A stretch of DNA of 64,000 bases from Octopus sinensis (taxonomy: Eukaryota), in the NCBI RefSeq assembly GCF_006345805.1, contig NC_042998.1, positions 128,464,001 through 128,528,000 on the forward strand. The letters are read 5' to 3'. Shown in pieces: positions 1 through 64,000 of the stretch. Both the position numbers and the translations under genes were made by a program. The notes under the pieces were generated by a model, which saw only the letters and a list, made by a program, of their open reading frames with translations, made no database searches and was not told where the DNA came from. How positions within the stretch are numbered: position 1 is the stretch's first letter; every line of letters begins with the position of its first letter.

Positions 1-464
1 ATATTTTACTAATTTCTATTATTCCATGATTTTCATTATTGTTTATCTTGAATTTTGACAAGAACACCGTTTGAGTAACCTTGGAATAGGTAAGTCATTG
101 CAAACTTAAAATGATTTAATGTTAATACATTAACATTATGTTAATACATTAATATTTCCCCATATATTCCTACTAAAAAGTATCATCATATTAATTCCTT
201 ATTACAAATCAATTTTCAGCAAGGAACTAATCATTATATATATCTCACACATACACATGTGAGAAAAACAGTGATTCCTTAATTATTTTTTACATAAGAA
301 AATACTATAAAAAAGCTGTTAATAATAGATGCCTTTGAGAAAAAATATAAGCTAATGAAAACTATTATTTTAAACATTCGTTTAGGTTAGTAATTGGCCT
401 ATGTAAAAAATAGCAAAGTAAATAAACATATAAAATCTCATATAAAGGGAGATTTTGGCTGGTT

Positions 465-62979
<62,515 letters not shown>

Positions 62980-64000
62980 CTAGTGGATTAAATAAAAGTT
63001 ATTGTTATTAAATGTCATACCCGGCAAAACAACAAAGACAAATTTTCACCAAAAACCTTTAACCCTTTTCACAAGTTAATTAATATCCTGGCTGTAAATA
63101 TTATGAAAAACTTTTTTAAGTAACATGAGAATCAGAATCACTCACTGAGTCCCTCTATATTTAAAAAGCTTAAAATATTTCAATTCTTGATTTACATGCA
63201 AGTATTGCTCTGTTTTAGAGCTCTCATTTGACTGTATTTGTTCTATGTTCTATGGGTATGGATATCAAGAAACAAAATTAACAGTGGATTCAAAGAGTTC
63301 AGAACACAAAATAAATACAAGTGATGAGTGATAAATAAATGAATTCAGTGGTTTTCTGACAAACACTTCTAAAGGTGCTATTTCAAATCATCAACAACAA
63401 CAATGGTTTATTCTCTGACAGATGTCATTAAAAAAAAAACCCAGGACCAAAAAAAAACAGTACTAACCAGTTTTTAAGATGCTATTTTATATGAAAGGGC
63501 CCAAATGAACACATCAGTGAAGATGGTTGCTATACTAATAACCAGAGGAATAATTCAGAGATACTGAAGTCAGAGAAAAGTGCATGGAAGAAAACACTTC
63601 TACAAGGACTAATGAGCTTTGTTCTTTAGAATTCATTTTTATGTAAAGAGTTCTAGAAGCTAACAAAAGTATTTCCCTCATCATTCCAGTATATGATTTA
63701 GTAGTTCAACTTCTTGAATCCATATCTCTAAAACAAGACCTTTCTTGTACCAAATCTCAAGACAATATGCTCTAAATGAAAATATGATGGTCCCAAATAG
63801 AATGTTAACTGAATAACAAAAAACACACACAATAGCAGTTTCAAACTACAGAATAATAAAGTATTGGAGATTATTACTCCAGCACAAGATGTATATTTGA
63901 TACAGCTATTAATGATTATAATATAAAAACATACAGACTGCCACTGTTTATTCAGATTCAAATACTTAAATTCACACCAAAATACATTAATTTCCCTTTA

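Overview
AT-rich, microsatellite-rich eukaryotic genomic DNA. The SINE/MITE repertoire points to a cephalopod, probably Octopus (inference). The whole window is occupied by the 3' ~70% of one minus-strand, intron-rich gene encoding a type-I (DysF-containing) ferlin, myoferlin/dysferlin-like. I traced 35 GT-AG exons by hand (62979 down to the TAA at 465-467). They join in one open frame of 4392 nt (1463 aa + stop) covering the end of C2C, FerA, FerB, nested DysF, four C2 domains and the C-terminal TM anchor; the 5' exons lie beyond the window. Introns carry decayed DNA transposons (piggyBac, Tc1 DD34E, maT DD37D, two mariner DD34D, hAT/piggyBac/Tc1-type MITEs), several SINE-like families, a CR1/L2-type LINE remnant and microsatellites. 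The most interesting signal is the longest intron (24168-37830). It sits where vertebrate dysferlin has its calpain-site cassette exon 40a and contains a set of frame-preserving phase-0 candidate cassette and micro-exons (75, 3, 84, 99, 9 and 12 nt). These are sequence-based predictions with no transcript evidence. Most short ORFs in the supplied track are spurious. No prokaryotic features or CRISPR arrays are present.
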